DNA of 63,687 bases, the filler included, from Octopus bimaculoides (taxonomy: Eukaryota): assembly GCF_001194135.2 (NCBI RefSeq). It is 7 parts of 6 records of this genome, joined end to end, with 100 filler letters (N's around TTAATTAATTAA, not from the genome) between each part and the next. Parts side by side here need not be neighbours in the genome. Positions count along the whole stretch, not along the records: positions 49,112 to 54,535 come from NC_068990.1; positions 54,636 to 58,879 come from NC_068983.1; positions 58,980 to 63,687 come from NC_068981.1; 4 more parts are not named here. The stretch is one strand, 5' to 3'. Below, piece by piece: positions 52,028-63,687 of the stretch. The notes under the pieces were generated by a model that did no database searches, was not told the DNA's origin, and saw only the letters and a list, made by a program, of their open reading frames with translations. The stretch's first letter is position 1, and every line of letters starts with the position of its first letter. Both the position numbers and the translations under genes were made by a program.

Positions 52028-52238
52028 TTTCCCCTCTAGGTAGAAGGCCCGAAATTTTGGGGGAGGGGGACAGTCGATTACATCGGCCCCAGTAAGTAAC
52101 TGGTACTTAATTTATCAACCCCGAAAGGATGAAAGGCAAAGTCGACCTCGACGGAATTTGAACTCAGACCGTAAAGACAGACGAAATACCGCTAAGCATT
52201 TCGCTCGGCGTGCTAACGTTTCTGCCAGCTCGCCACCT
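52028..52238 (-). mobile_element. Deu/Nin-like SINE with a 20-bp target-site duplication
   Basis: TAGAGAAGTA(T/A)CGTTTATCG at 52008-52027 and 52239-52258. Confidence 0.9.
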
Positions 52239-52796
52239 TAGAGAAGTAACGTTTATCGCCACTTCTACATGGCTGTTCCGTAGCAACCGACGTTATTACC
52301 GTTTTTAACCCGAGGAGAACGCCTCCACCAGCTGGTTATCGATGCAATCTACACCCGATATATATTGCAAGCGCGGAATCAAAGCCCCACAATCTTCTAG
52401 CGACAGAGAAACCTGACCGTCCGGTTTCTAACTATTTGTCCTCATTTTCAGAGGTAGACACCCGTCTGCTAGAAAAAGCTGTAGTTTGCTCTTGATCGCA
52501 ATATATAGAAAAGTAATTGACAACCAGTCACTGATCTTGCAACAAGAAAGGTATCTTGTTAGAAAATCTCTATAAGAGATGAAAGTAGTAACTATACCGA
52601 GAAGCAATGATTATCGCCATTTCAACACAGCTCTTCCGTAGGAACCGACGTTGCTACTTTTTTTTAAAAATATTTTTATCACTTGCACTAGCAGATAGAC
52701 AAACGTGCACACATATATACAAAGACGCTAGTATCTTTACACAGTCACGCACACATAAATATATATATATATATGAATGTATACAGAATGCATATA

Positions 52797-52870
<74 letters not shown>

Positions 52871-52886
52871 AAAGAGAGAGAGAGAG

Positions 52887-53340
52887 ACTGAGTCACTAAC
52901 GTCCAGGTCCTAGAGCAGGTGGAGCTCACTTGCATGAAATCAACTCTGCTGAAGACACAGCTATGCTGGGCAGAACACAGCACCAGCATGGAGGATCATC
53001 GAGTTCCAAAGATCACGCCATATGGCGAATTCTTCTCCTCTAACCGTGATAGAAAAGCACCAAAGAAGAGATTTCTCAAAAACCTTTCGGCACTTGATAT
53101 GTTGAACACCACTGACTGACAAGCTTTGATTTTCATTATCCTTCGAGCAACAGCCTCCTTTGAAAAAGCCTGGAAGATAAGCCTTGCAGACAAAAGAAGC
53201 AGGAGAAAAAAAAAAACAAGGACATTACGACCAACCCATAGCGGGCCCTTCGTGCAGGCTTTGCGGTCATTCCTGTTTGTCCTGAATCAGATTCATCGGC
53301 AATTAGGGAGCCTGCATATGTTTTGTCATCGCCTCAACTC
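52887..53340 (+). mobile_element. RTE (BovB-like) LINE 3' fragment
   Basis: VTNVQVLEQ..LLKTQLCWAEH..MEDHRVPK..YGE..RDRKAPKKRF..ASFE..DKRSRRK. Confidence 0.8.
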
Positions 53341-53582
53341 GACCGACGTCACGTGAGTGAAATTAATTTAGAAGACCGTAGGCTGCTCACTACTTGCTAT
53401 TCAAATCCACCACTGTCGCAAGCAAAGTCACAATCTTTTAAGTCTCTTTGAAGACATAAACGTTTTTATGATAAACAACGACTTATAATTCCAGTGAGTA
53501 GATTTTGCCCATTTAGCACATATTTCTGCTGTAGAAGGCAAGATTTATGTCTTGTCTTAATGCTATTTGACAATAGAAATGC

Positions 53583-53649
<67 letters not shown>

Positions 53650-53884
53650 CTTTTTGGGGCCTGCAATCGCCTATATTATTGATTTTGTTATTATCATTTT
53701 TTTTAATATTTACACTAGATAATAGCAAAATTAATAATATTTTCGCGAATTAATTTTTCTTGAATTATTTTTCTCGTGAATTGTTTGCCCGTGTATCGAG
53801 ATTATTTCCACACTGGTGGCTGCAATGAATTCGGCGCAAAATGCAGGCTTCAAAACGATAGGTTGGAAGTCTCTTTCATGGTAA

Positions 53885-53938
53885 CGCGTGCTGAAGAAGC
53901 TAAGGCTATTTTTGCCAGTGCAGAAACCGCTTCACGTG
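53885..53938 (+). ncRNA. Degenerate type I hammerhead-like motif
   Basis: CGCGUG CUGAAGA [25 nt] GAAA CCGCUU CACGUG: 6-bp stem I; stems II and III damaged. Confidence 0.35.
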
Positions 53939-54108
53939 AATCAAAATACTTAAATGTACGTTGGGAGAATGTCTTAACTTGATTTGCCTTCGATTGAATT
54001 TCTGTAGTTATCATCAGTGTATTTTGGCGATTTAAATAAGAGTTTTGACTGTTATGTCCAGCAGGTAGACATACCTAGTATGTCCTTTCATAAATTTAAT
54101 CCTTCAAC

Positions 54109-54161
<53 letters not shown>

Positions 54162-54635
54162 ACACACATATATATGTACACATATATATGTGCACATATC
54201 TATGTATATATGTTTATGCATGAACGTATATAAAACAACAACCTGTGTCGTTTTCCATAACGCTTTGTCCTTATTCTGTTGTCGTTTGGATTTTATTTAC
54301 CTTTTCGCCACCATCCTTTATGTCCGCTCACTTCTTCTAGCACCGCTTTGAATTTGACACCACTTAACTGAACTATGTCATTGATAATGGCTCCAAATTT
54401 TGATGATCTTTGCCGATAACCGTCTACGTCTTGTGTGTGAATTTTCTGTGGGTTCCCTTGTCGTCCTTCTTTGCAATTTTCTCTCTCTCTCTCTCCCTCA
54501 CTTTCTCTCTCCCACAGACACACACACACACACACNNNNNNNNNNNNNNNNNNNNNNNNNNNNNNNNNNNNNNNNNNNNTTAATTAATTAANNNNNNNNN
54601 NNNNNNNNNNNNNNNNNNNNNNNNNNNNNNNNNNN

Positions 54636-54745
<110 letters not shown>

Positions 54746-54824
54746 TACTTCCTATTATAGGCAAAATGACTGAAATTTTATGGGGGTGGGGGCTAGTAAA
54801 TTGCATCATTCCGGTACTCATATA

Positions 54825-55010
54825 TATGTGTGTGTGTGCTTGTCTCCCCACCATCACTTGACAACCGATGTTGGTGTGTTTACCTCGCTGTAACTTAGCG
54901 GTTCGGCCAAACAGACCGATAGAATAAGTACTAGGCTTACAAAGAATAAGTCCTGGGGTCGATTTGTTCGACTAAAGGTGGTGTTCCAGCATGACCGCAG
55001 TCAATAAAAC
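54825..55010 (+). mobile_element. CORE-type SINE 3' tail
   Basis: CTTGACAACCGATGTTGGTGTG...GAATAAGTCCTGGGGTCGATTTG. Confidence 0.8.
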
Positions 55011-55069
55011 AAATGATGAGGATGATGACGACGATGATGATGCTGTTTCTATTATTACTCTTTCTGGTT

Positions 55070-55700
55070 CAGACACAAGGCCAGAAATTTTATTCTTTCC
55101 AGCTCTAGCCGAAACTTAGCTATTTCGAGAGGAGAGGTAAGTACCAGTTCTTAACTGGTGCTGTTTAATTAAGCTCGAAAGTATAAAAGGCAAAGCTGAC
55201 CTCAGCAGCATGTGAACCCAGAATATAAAGCTGGATGAAATATCCCTAACGGTTTTGTCCGGTGAGCTAACGATCCTACCAGCTCATCGCCTGTTTCATA
55301 ATTTTCGCACATGACAAGTAATTTTATAAAAAATTTCGTTGATTAGATTGAGCCTAGTACTTGACTGGTACTTTATTTCAACGACATCAAGAAGATGAAA
55401 GGCGAAGCTGATCTCGGTAGGTTTTTAACTCAGAACGTAGAGCGGGAAAAATAAAGTATTTTTCTGACTTTCTTGCCACTCTTCCAGCTCATCGCTCTAA
55501 ATAACAATAAGTAGTTTTTAACTGAGGCATAAGGCGACAGCTTTGAATGGACTGTCAATACCTGACTGGTTCTTTATGTTATCGACTCCGGAGGGATGAA
55601 ATTCGAAGTTGACCCCCACAGGATTTGAATTGAGAATGTAAACAACCAGCTCAGATACAACAAAGCATTTTTCCACTGCTCTCTCGATTCGGTCAGCTTT
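55070..55700 (-). mobile_element. Three decayed Deu/Nin-like SINEs in tandem
   Basis: The CTGGT...AGGCAAAGCTGACC...GAAC(T/C)CAGAA pattern recurs three times. Confidence 0.7.
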
Positions 55701-56494
55701 CTTTTCAAAATATTTCTTTGATATCTAGATACAAGTATATTTAGCAGGGCTTCCATTATTTCGATACAAATTTATTAAAAAACCTTTCGAAATATTTTTC
55801 CATTGTTAAAACTTCAATAGAATTCCTTTAATTATAATATTCTGGTTTATTCGAGCACGTTACATTGATGCTGAGAACAATATTATTCGTATGTATTGAG
55901 TTGTGAGATAAATTTGGTTTTTTTTTTTCACCATTCATTTTAATCCTTACCAATGTTATCTGAATTAATGCCAAAAATATTTTTAACATAATGGTTTTAT
56001 ATTTTTTAGCTCTACAACTTCTATTTATCATTTTTGAAATTTGAAATTTTTTTATTTCTTTTCTGACGTATAACGAACGACTGAGTATCAAATAGAAGGA
56101 AACGAACAAATTTATTTAACAACGCAATAAGTTATTTAACATTCTATTCATATGTTGTAGTTTGGTTGGTGGTGGTGGTGGTGATAATCTATAACTATGG
56201 TTTATTTTGACCTGTATAGAATATCCTAAGAGATACATATTTTTTTAAAATTAATTTTGTAAGACTTGCGATTAGAAAAAGATATATTTACATTCTACGG
56301 TGAATTTATGATAATGGAACATAGATGCTTATTTTGTATTACAAGGTACCAAAATATTATTTTCCACCATTCGACAATAACCATTAAAAAAATATCTTGG
56401 ACTGGTGTATATTCAAAGGCTTAAGAATCTTCAGCTACCTGCTGGTTTAACGTATAGAATCTCACAATATTTTCCATAACTATTCTTTTCTACT

Positions 56495-57200
56495 CTAGGA
56501 ACCAGATCCAAAATCTTTTGGAAGGAGACCAGTCGATTAGATTAACCCCAGTATGCAACTGGTACTTAATTTATTGACCTCGAAAGGATGAAAGACGAAG
56601 TCGACTCGGCGGAATTTGAACTCAGAACGTAAAGACAGACGGAACACCGTTAAGCATTTCGCTCGGCACGCTAACGTTTCTGCCAGCTCGCCACCCTTTA
56701 TTTTCCATCAATTTTAATCAAACGAGAGTTTTCTGGTTAACGATGCACTGGTTCGTACTTCAGTATTCGAACTGCATTACATCACTTATGTTAACGTATT
56801 GATTTCAAATTTTGGGATAATGTCAACAAATTCAGAGGAAGCGGTTAAGTCGTTTATATCGATCCCAGTGTTCAACTGGGATTTATTTTATCGACTCCAA
56901 AAGATGGCAGGCAAAAATGGACCTCGGCGGAATTTGAACTCAGAACGTACAGAGGAACGAAATGCAGCTAAGCGTTTTTTCCCCGGCGTGCTAACTATTC
57001 TGCCAGCTCGCCATCTTTTCTACTCTAGGCACAAGGCCCGAAAATTTAGGGGTGGGACCAGTCGATTAGATCGACCCCAGTACGCAACTGGTACTTAATT
57101 TATCGACCCCGAAAGGATGAAAGGCAAAGTCGACCTCGGCGGAATTTGAACTCAGAACGTAAAGACACGAAAACTGTTAAGCATTTCGCCGTCTTACGTT
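56495..57200 (-). mobile_element. Three Deu/Nin-like SINEs, two joined head-to-tail
   Basis: Copies ~56495-56697, ~56830-57015, ~57020-57200; junction CTCGCCATCTTTTCTACTCTAGGCAC. Confidence 0.85.
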
Positions 57201-57404
57201 AAAGTATTAAGTAGTGAAAACGAGAGGCAAAACCTATAACCATTGTAGACCCTCGTAGACACTTGAAAAAAGTGTACTTAATATTCAGCTTGAACCTTTG
57301 TACACCGATTCGCACAAAAATAATTTCAAGAATCTGCATTTCTTAGGAAGAAAGATTTGGGAAAGTATTTAGTGGGTTCATCTGTGAATTGGTGACATGA
57401 TGAG

Positions 57405-57558
57405 TAGTAGTGTAGCTAGTGGAAGGACGCGGTCAAATTTAGGCAACGTTCTTGTGTGGATAGCACTTATGGGTCTGTTGTATAAGCCTGCATAGGCTTA
57501 GGTGACTCGGGGGTGAGTGCAGCACCGGGCAGCACACCACACACTCCCTACGCTCCTG
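57405..57558. mobile_element. Short hAT MITE
   Basis: TAGTAGTGTAG / CTACGCTCCTG ends; 8-bp flanks ATGATGAG / ATAATGAG (7/8). Confidence 0.7.
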
Positions 57559-58529
57559 ATAATGAGACAGAAACCCCTGCTTTATACAGTGAAGATGCTG
57601 TATAATAGAAGCTGGATTATTTTAGATTGAAGAGTTGAAATTTTATCCAGCCATGATCCTGGATTAGGAAACAGGAAACCTCTTCCATTTAGCGTCCTTT
57701 TCAGGTAAGTTTAATATCATCAAGGTCATCAGAAGTTCAATTTCTATACAACTATACCGTCAACAAAGCAGGCAGGTATCAAACGTAAGCATAAGTTAAG
57801 CTAATAGTTTCTGCACCAACTTCATATTACGCCTGTTTTCGAGAGTGGTTCTGTCGAATTTTTCTAAAAATCTAGAATATAATTCTGCTTTTGTTTTTGA
57901 AACATCTTTGAAAGCAAACGATAAGACATGTTTCTGCAGATTACTGTTTATATAGATTTATATGGCTCACTATAGAACCAGAAAATAATGAAGTGTGGTT
58001 GCGTAGATGACGGGGAGAGAAATATCTAATGCTTCGGGCAGAATACATATAAGTAAAGCTTCTTTTCTTCTTTTAGCTCATACGTACATCTGACGTTTCC
58101 GTTTTTCTTATCACTGTATACATACATACATACGTACGTACATGAGTTTGTGCGTATGTGTGTGGGTACTCTATATCAGCAGAGATATATAATACACGCA
58201 CACATACATACTCACTTACACATACACATTCGAACGTAAAGACTCATTAAGTTGGTGCTCTTATCTCAACTTCCAACGCATTTAGGTGATTGCGAATGCA
58301 AGACAATCGCTGGGAGAAACACCAGTTCAAAGCAAAAGCCTGTTGTTACTGCTGCTGCTGCTGCTGGTACTAATTTTCTGATACTTAGATTAGAGCAAAG
58401 TGTAGAAGAAGTGCCTTGCTCAAGGATGCAGTAAAATACTAACCACTAGGCCACGCACAAATGTATTAAAAGTAGAATTCCTCGGGATTTAAAATAAGAG
58501 CATAATTAGATTCCAAACATTCTAATCCT

Positions 58530-58728
58530 TTCTACTATAGGCACAAGACTCGAAATGTTTTGGGAGTAGCTTGCCAGGCGATTAGATCGACCCAGTACGC
58601 AACCGGTACAAAATTTATCGATCCCGAAAGGATGAAAGGCAAAGTCGACCACGGCGGAATTTGAACTCAGAACATAAAGACAGACGAACGCCCGGTGTGC
58701 TAACGATTCTGCCAGCTCACCGCCTTTT
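58530..58728 (-). mobile_element. Deu/Nin-like SINE
   Basis: TCTACTATAGGCACAAG...CTGCCAGCTCACCGCC. Confidence 0.85.
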
Positions 58729-59139
58729 CCCAACATTCTAATACTCCTAACATGAGCATTTTAAAAAGAAATACATATTGGGGGAAGGTATGATCAATTA
58801 AATCGAACCTAATACTTGAGTGTTACTTTATTTTATCGAACGAAAAAGTACGAAAATATTTGGGTGAAATGAACTTATGNNNNNNNNNNNNNNNNNNNNN
58901 NNNNNNNNNNNNNNNNNNNNNNNTTAATTAATTAANNNNNNNNNNNNNNNNNNNNNNNNNNNNNNNNNNNNNNNNNNNNAGGACGTCACAAACCGTAAAC
59001 AACATGAAATACGAAAACAAATGAGTTGAATACGCAAACAAGGAGAGAAACAAATGGAAAACAGGAATAGTAACATAAAGAATGACCCTTCATCAGTTTT
59101 CGGCTGTCTATTTACTCCTCATTTCGAACAGTTTCCATC

Positions 59140-59275
59140 TACCAAATTCACTCACAAAGCTTTGATCGGTCCTGAGGCTATAGCAGAAGACAGTTGCCCA
59201 AGCTGCCACGAAGTGGGACTGAACCTGAAACCATGTGGTTGGGAAGCTCGTTACCACACAGTCACGCCTGTGCCT
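59140..59275 (-). mobile_element. CORE-type SINE head
   Basis: Reverse complement of the head at 7478. Confidence 0.7.
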
Positions 59276-59301
59276 ATATGTGTTTTTGTGTGTGTGTGTG
59301 T

Positions 59302-59341
<40 letters not shown>

Positions 59342-59936
59342 ATCAGTCTAACACAATTTGGGGTTAAAACGTCTTCATTACTTCATTTATTCTTACTGCC
59401 TACTCTCATTCCATAGTTTGACTTATGTAAAAGACTAGTCTTTTGTATATCTGTTCTCTGGAAAGCATGCTCACTCAAAATTCATTCTTTTTTTGTTTTT
59501 TGTTTTTTCCTTTCTTTTCTTGACCTAAAATCCTATTTACTGAGAACGTCTGCGTTCTTGCAATTAAGTGTCCATTGTGTCTTTCTTCAAACAAATCTCT
59601 TTTGCTATTATTTCTGAAATGTTTACTGATAACCTGTACACCGCAATCATAATATTGTTTTAGGAGCTGAGCTTCTTGATGAGTGGGTGAGATTTGTTAT
59701 CTTCGATGTGACATGACAGACGGCACATATATTTTTAGACAAAGATGTCAATTAACATACCTAACAGCGCGCAAACTTTACATATTTTACAGACATGAAG
59801 ACACACATATTCATACCTATTCTTCGTTACACTCCACACAAATATTTATTGTACATCAGAAAGCCAGTGCTGTGCTTCTACGTCTTCTAGAATCAAACGA
59901 AAGAGAAGAATAGTCCACAAGCGTTTATCGTGTTAA

Positions 59937-59985
59937 GACGAGAACCATTTAGATGTTTCGATGATTATCCATCTCATCAGTTGTC
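59937..59985 (-). ncRNA. Minimal type I hammerhead-like motif
   Basis: GACAA CUGAUGA GAUGG AUAA UCAUC GAAA CAUCUAAAUGGUUC UCGUC: 5-bp stem II; stem I 4/5 with a CpG-type mismatch; irregular helix III. Confidence 0.55.
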
Positions 59986-60457
59986 ATGAAATGAAAGCAG
60001 TTCTTTTTTCAGTCACGCACTTTGAATCATATATCTATGATAGTTGACATCTAAAATGGTACTGGAAAAACAAAAGGATAAAATAAGAACTTTATGCGCA
60101 ACCCAAAAATAATTCTCATTAGTTACTTTCTTCTATTATGGTTTATACGACTAATAACACATTCAGCATATGTGTTTATGTACATACATACATCTATATA
60201 CACGTATATTTAAAGATATTTATTTATTTATTGTTATGTTTCGTAGGTAGAAATTTAAAAAAGGTTGAGAACTTTCCCCTACCTTTATAAACTTGCTTGA
60301 TATTAGGTGGTTGCCCAAAACACTCGGTCCTTGAGTCATTCTGTAAATTCTGCTGATTAAAAACAATACCAATAATAGCTAGCTAGAGATTGATAGATTG
60401 ATGATAAATAGCTAGATTGATAGATACAATACATAGACGAGATATATATATATATAT

Positions 60458-60490
<33 letters not shown>

Positions 60491-60555
60491 GTATATATAT
60501 ATATGTATATATATATATGTATATATATATATGTATATATATATATATGTATATA

Positions 60556-60586
<31 letters not shown>

Positions 60587-61299
60587 NNNNNNNNNNNNNN
60601 NNNNNNNNNNNNNNNNNNNNNNNNNNNNNNNNNNNNNNNNNNNNNNNNNNNNNNNNNNNNNNNNNNNNNNNNNNNNNNNNNNNNNNNNNNNNNNNNNNNN
60701 NNNNNNNNNNNNNNNNNNNNNNNNNNNNNNNNNNNNNNNNNNNNNNNNNNNNNNNNNNNNNNNNNNNNNNNNNNNNNNNNNNNNNNNNNNNNNNNNNNNN
60801 NNNNNNNNNNNNNNNNNNNNNNNNNNNNNNNNNNNNNNNNNNNNNNNNNNNNNNNNNNNNNNNNNNNNNNNNNNNNNNNNNNNNNNNNNNNNNNNNNNNN
60901 NNNNNNNNNNNNNNNNNNNNNNNNNNNNNNNNNNNNNNNNNNNNNNNNNNNNNNNNNNNNNNNNNNNNNNNNNNNNNNNNNNNNNNNNNNNNNNNNNNNN
61001 NNNNNNNNNNNNNNNNNNNNNNNNNNNNNNNNNNNNNNNNNNNNNNNNNNNNNNNNNNNNNNNNNNNNNNNNNNNNNNATATATATATATATATATATAT
61101 ATATACTAAGTCAAATGTAATGCAGTTGAATCTCCGTCAACTAAGAACAAATGAAAACAATGCTTTTTGTGAGGTGCCTATATATGAGGGCAATATATGC
61201 GTATGTGTGTATGGTGGATTTGTTCTAGAAATACACACAATATACATTTATACATACATGCATATATATATATATATATATATATAGAGNNNNNNNNNN

Positions 61300-61339
<40 letters not shown>

Positions 61340-62177
61340 AAGAGGGAGAGAGGGGGAGTGAATAAGTTACTAAAATATCAACATATATTAGTATCCAGTT
61401 CCCTAATTTAGAAAAGCAAAACCAATTTAGTTCCTGCTAGCAGCACAATGTATTGACATTATATTGGAATCTACAGGAAGGAAATATATTTATTTTCGTT
61501 AGTCTTCTGCTAACTCAGTGGGAAATGTCTTGTGTTTATTAGATGCCTTAGGATAACAGACTTGCAATGTTCCCAGGGTTATACTTGGTGGTCAGCAAGT
61601 TTATTCAAACAATCTCCTAGTTACATGTGTTAGTGTTGTTATGTTATTGATTCTCTTGCACACAAATACACACGTATACACACGTATACACAGACAGACA
61701 GATAGATAGAAAGATAGGTAGATTCATAGATTTTGAGATTGACTATATTGGGTGAGTCTCATCCAGCTGAAAATGTATGAGATACATAGTTAGGCATTGT
61801 ACAATGAACAGATTAGTATTTATCTGTTAGCATTTGGACATAAAAGTTACCATTGACTGTGTCGTCGAAGAAGAAATATACAACTATAATTCGAACTGCA
61901 GCCCAAACGCATGATCCGAGGCAGGTTACGCCTGTTTCGTGAAGGTTATCTGTAGCATGAAATAGGTTATACCGGTGGATGATGACTACATTAAGTTAAT
62001 AAGTCTTATCTGATGAAATTATTCGATCAATTATGAAAGAACTGCACGACGAGCAAAATCATCACCGTTTAGTGTTTATAGACATCTAAGGATAAAGTGA
62101 TATAAATTAAAATATTTCAGAATGCTACGCAATAATAATTAATTTATATTCAACTGCAATGAACAATGCATAAGAAA

Positions 62178-63560
62178 TATGGAAAAATGGGGGCCATCTC
62201 CCTCTGTAGGATGAAGTTAAAATAATAGACAGAGAATACCACAGGAAAATACGAAATACAGACAAGTGACTCAACACTACAGTGAACTACCACACATGTA
62301 CGGTTTCCCTAAGTTTCACAAGGACGGTATTCCAATAAGACCTATAGTGAGCCTTAGAGGTTCAGCATGTCATCCACTGAGACACTTCCTTGTGGATATA
62401 ATCAGTCCATTAGCAGGAAGGTCAACATCGTACGTGAAGAATTCCACCCAGTTCACAGAAATGATCAAGGATACCCTCGTTGAATCCAATCAGATGGTGA
62501 GTCTAGATGTGATAAGTCTATTCACCAAAGTCCCAACTGGTGAAGTACTATCGGTGATTCTAGAAAATCTAGTGACAGACACCCATCTAAAAGAACGCAC
62601 TAATATACCAATAAGAAACTTGATGGGAATGTTAACCTTCTGTGTAGAAACTACCTACTTCAGTATGGACACTGATATATATCGATATGAAGTAGGTTTA
62701 GCTATGGGTTCGCCATTATCACCAATAATAGCCAATATATTCATGGAATACTTTGAGAATTTGGCTTTAGGATCAACACCACTAAAACCAACCCCATGGT
62801 TGCGATATGTTGATGACACCTTTATACTCTGGCCCCACCAGGAAGATGTCCAAGTGCTGTTAGATCATGTGAACTCAATAATAAAGCCATCCGTACAGTT
62901 CACAATGGAAAAGGAAGAAGATAATCAGCTAGCATTCCTGGATGTATTAATAACAGGCACCAAGTATGGATTCAGGACATCCATATAACGCAAGCCGACC
63001 TTCACTGGACGATACCTCAGCTTCAATTCCCACCATCCATAGAGTATAAAGAGAGGGGTTGCTCAGTGCTTAAAACATCGAGCAAAGAATATAAGTAGCG
63101 ATTGTGATACCCACCACGAAGAAATGATCAAGCTCAGTAACAATCTATTAAGCAACAACTACCCCCAAAACACACTATTCACTCCAATTATAAAGAAAAG
63201 AGATGAACCCGATAAACTGTCCACAGTCTGTCTACCCTACGTGAAAGGCTTATCCGAAAAGATGCAAAAGATATGCTGCCCTTATGACATCAAAATAAAG
63301 GTATAGGAACATCGCAAAACTGTGACACGAGGAGATATGATAAATCGGGTATAGCTGATCATGTATGGAAAAATGGAAACCACCTCCCCCTGTGGGATTA
63401 AGTTAAAATAATAGACAGAGAACACCACTGGAAAATACGAAAACTAAAGGAAGCAGCACATATGCTAGGACACAACAACCTCCTAAGCAGACCGAGTGCA
63501 GATATGAATTGCATATGGGAACCGGTATTAAGGAAGGATAGGAAAATATTAGATTGATAA
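62178..63560 (+). mobile_element. Penelope-like retroelement: RT plus partial GIY-YIG, with pseudo-LTR duplication
   Basis: ORF 62266-62988 has YGFPKFHKDGIPIRPIVS, GLAMGSPLSP and WLRYVDDTF. After a stop: RKPTFTGRYLSFNSHHP, then KSGIADHVW and KLKEAAHM. 62178-62256 repeats 63364-63442. Confidence 0.92.
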
Positions 63561-63589
63561 GCCCTAAAATTCACTCCATAATTACCCAC

Positions 63590-63687
63590 AGGCATATGGC
63601 GTAGTGGTTAAGAGCGCGGGCTAGTAACCCCAGTTTGATTCCAGGCAGTGACCTGAATAATAATAATAGTAATAATAATAATAATAG
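63590..63687 (+). mobile_element. Short tRNA-like SINE with (AAT)n tail
   Basis: GGCGTAGTGGTTAAGAGCGCGGG...TTTGATTCCAGGC; no complete cloverleaf. Confidence 0.55.

Noticed and set aside
52452-52550. 99-nt phase 2-2 open candidate exon (GRHPSARK..)
   Set aside because: Lies inside the locally duplicated, repeat-like unit and has only a moderate donor; needs RNA evidence.
59664-59686. 23-nt candidate exon (GAELLDEW)
   Set aside because: Too short, and phase-incompatible with the 51546-51671 exon.
62010-62040. CUGAUGA..GAAA just upstream of the Penelope copy
   Set aside because: Stem II is out of register and no stem I or III forms.
63590-63655. tRNA gene
   Set aside because: Incomplete cloverleaf followed by an (AAT)n tail; a SINE. 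Other A/B-box matches in the window are also SINE heads.

Overview
AT-rich, microsatellite- and transposon-dense animal genomic DNA with many N gaps. The repeat repertoire (tRNA/CORE SINEs, a Deu/Nin-like SINE, mariner, hAT, CR1-group, RTE and Penelope-like elements) points to a coleoid cephalopod, most likely Octopus (inference). Most ORF-track entries are microsatellite or N artefacts. Genic signal: (1) a stop-free ~897-codon Ser/Thr-rich mucin-like exon on the minus strand at 1-2694, missed by the ORF track, with a 397-codon internal repeat; (2) a CpG-rich candidate promoter near 36.3-36.5 kb that may be bidirectional; (3) two candidate plus-strand exons (48038-48197, 51546-51671) of an unrecognised single-pass membrane protein. 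The most notable unannotated structure is a set of dispersed minimal type I hammerhead-ribozyme-like motifs, in a window also carrying several Penelope-like relics. All calls are by eye; element boundaries are approximate unless a TSD or splice site is given.
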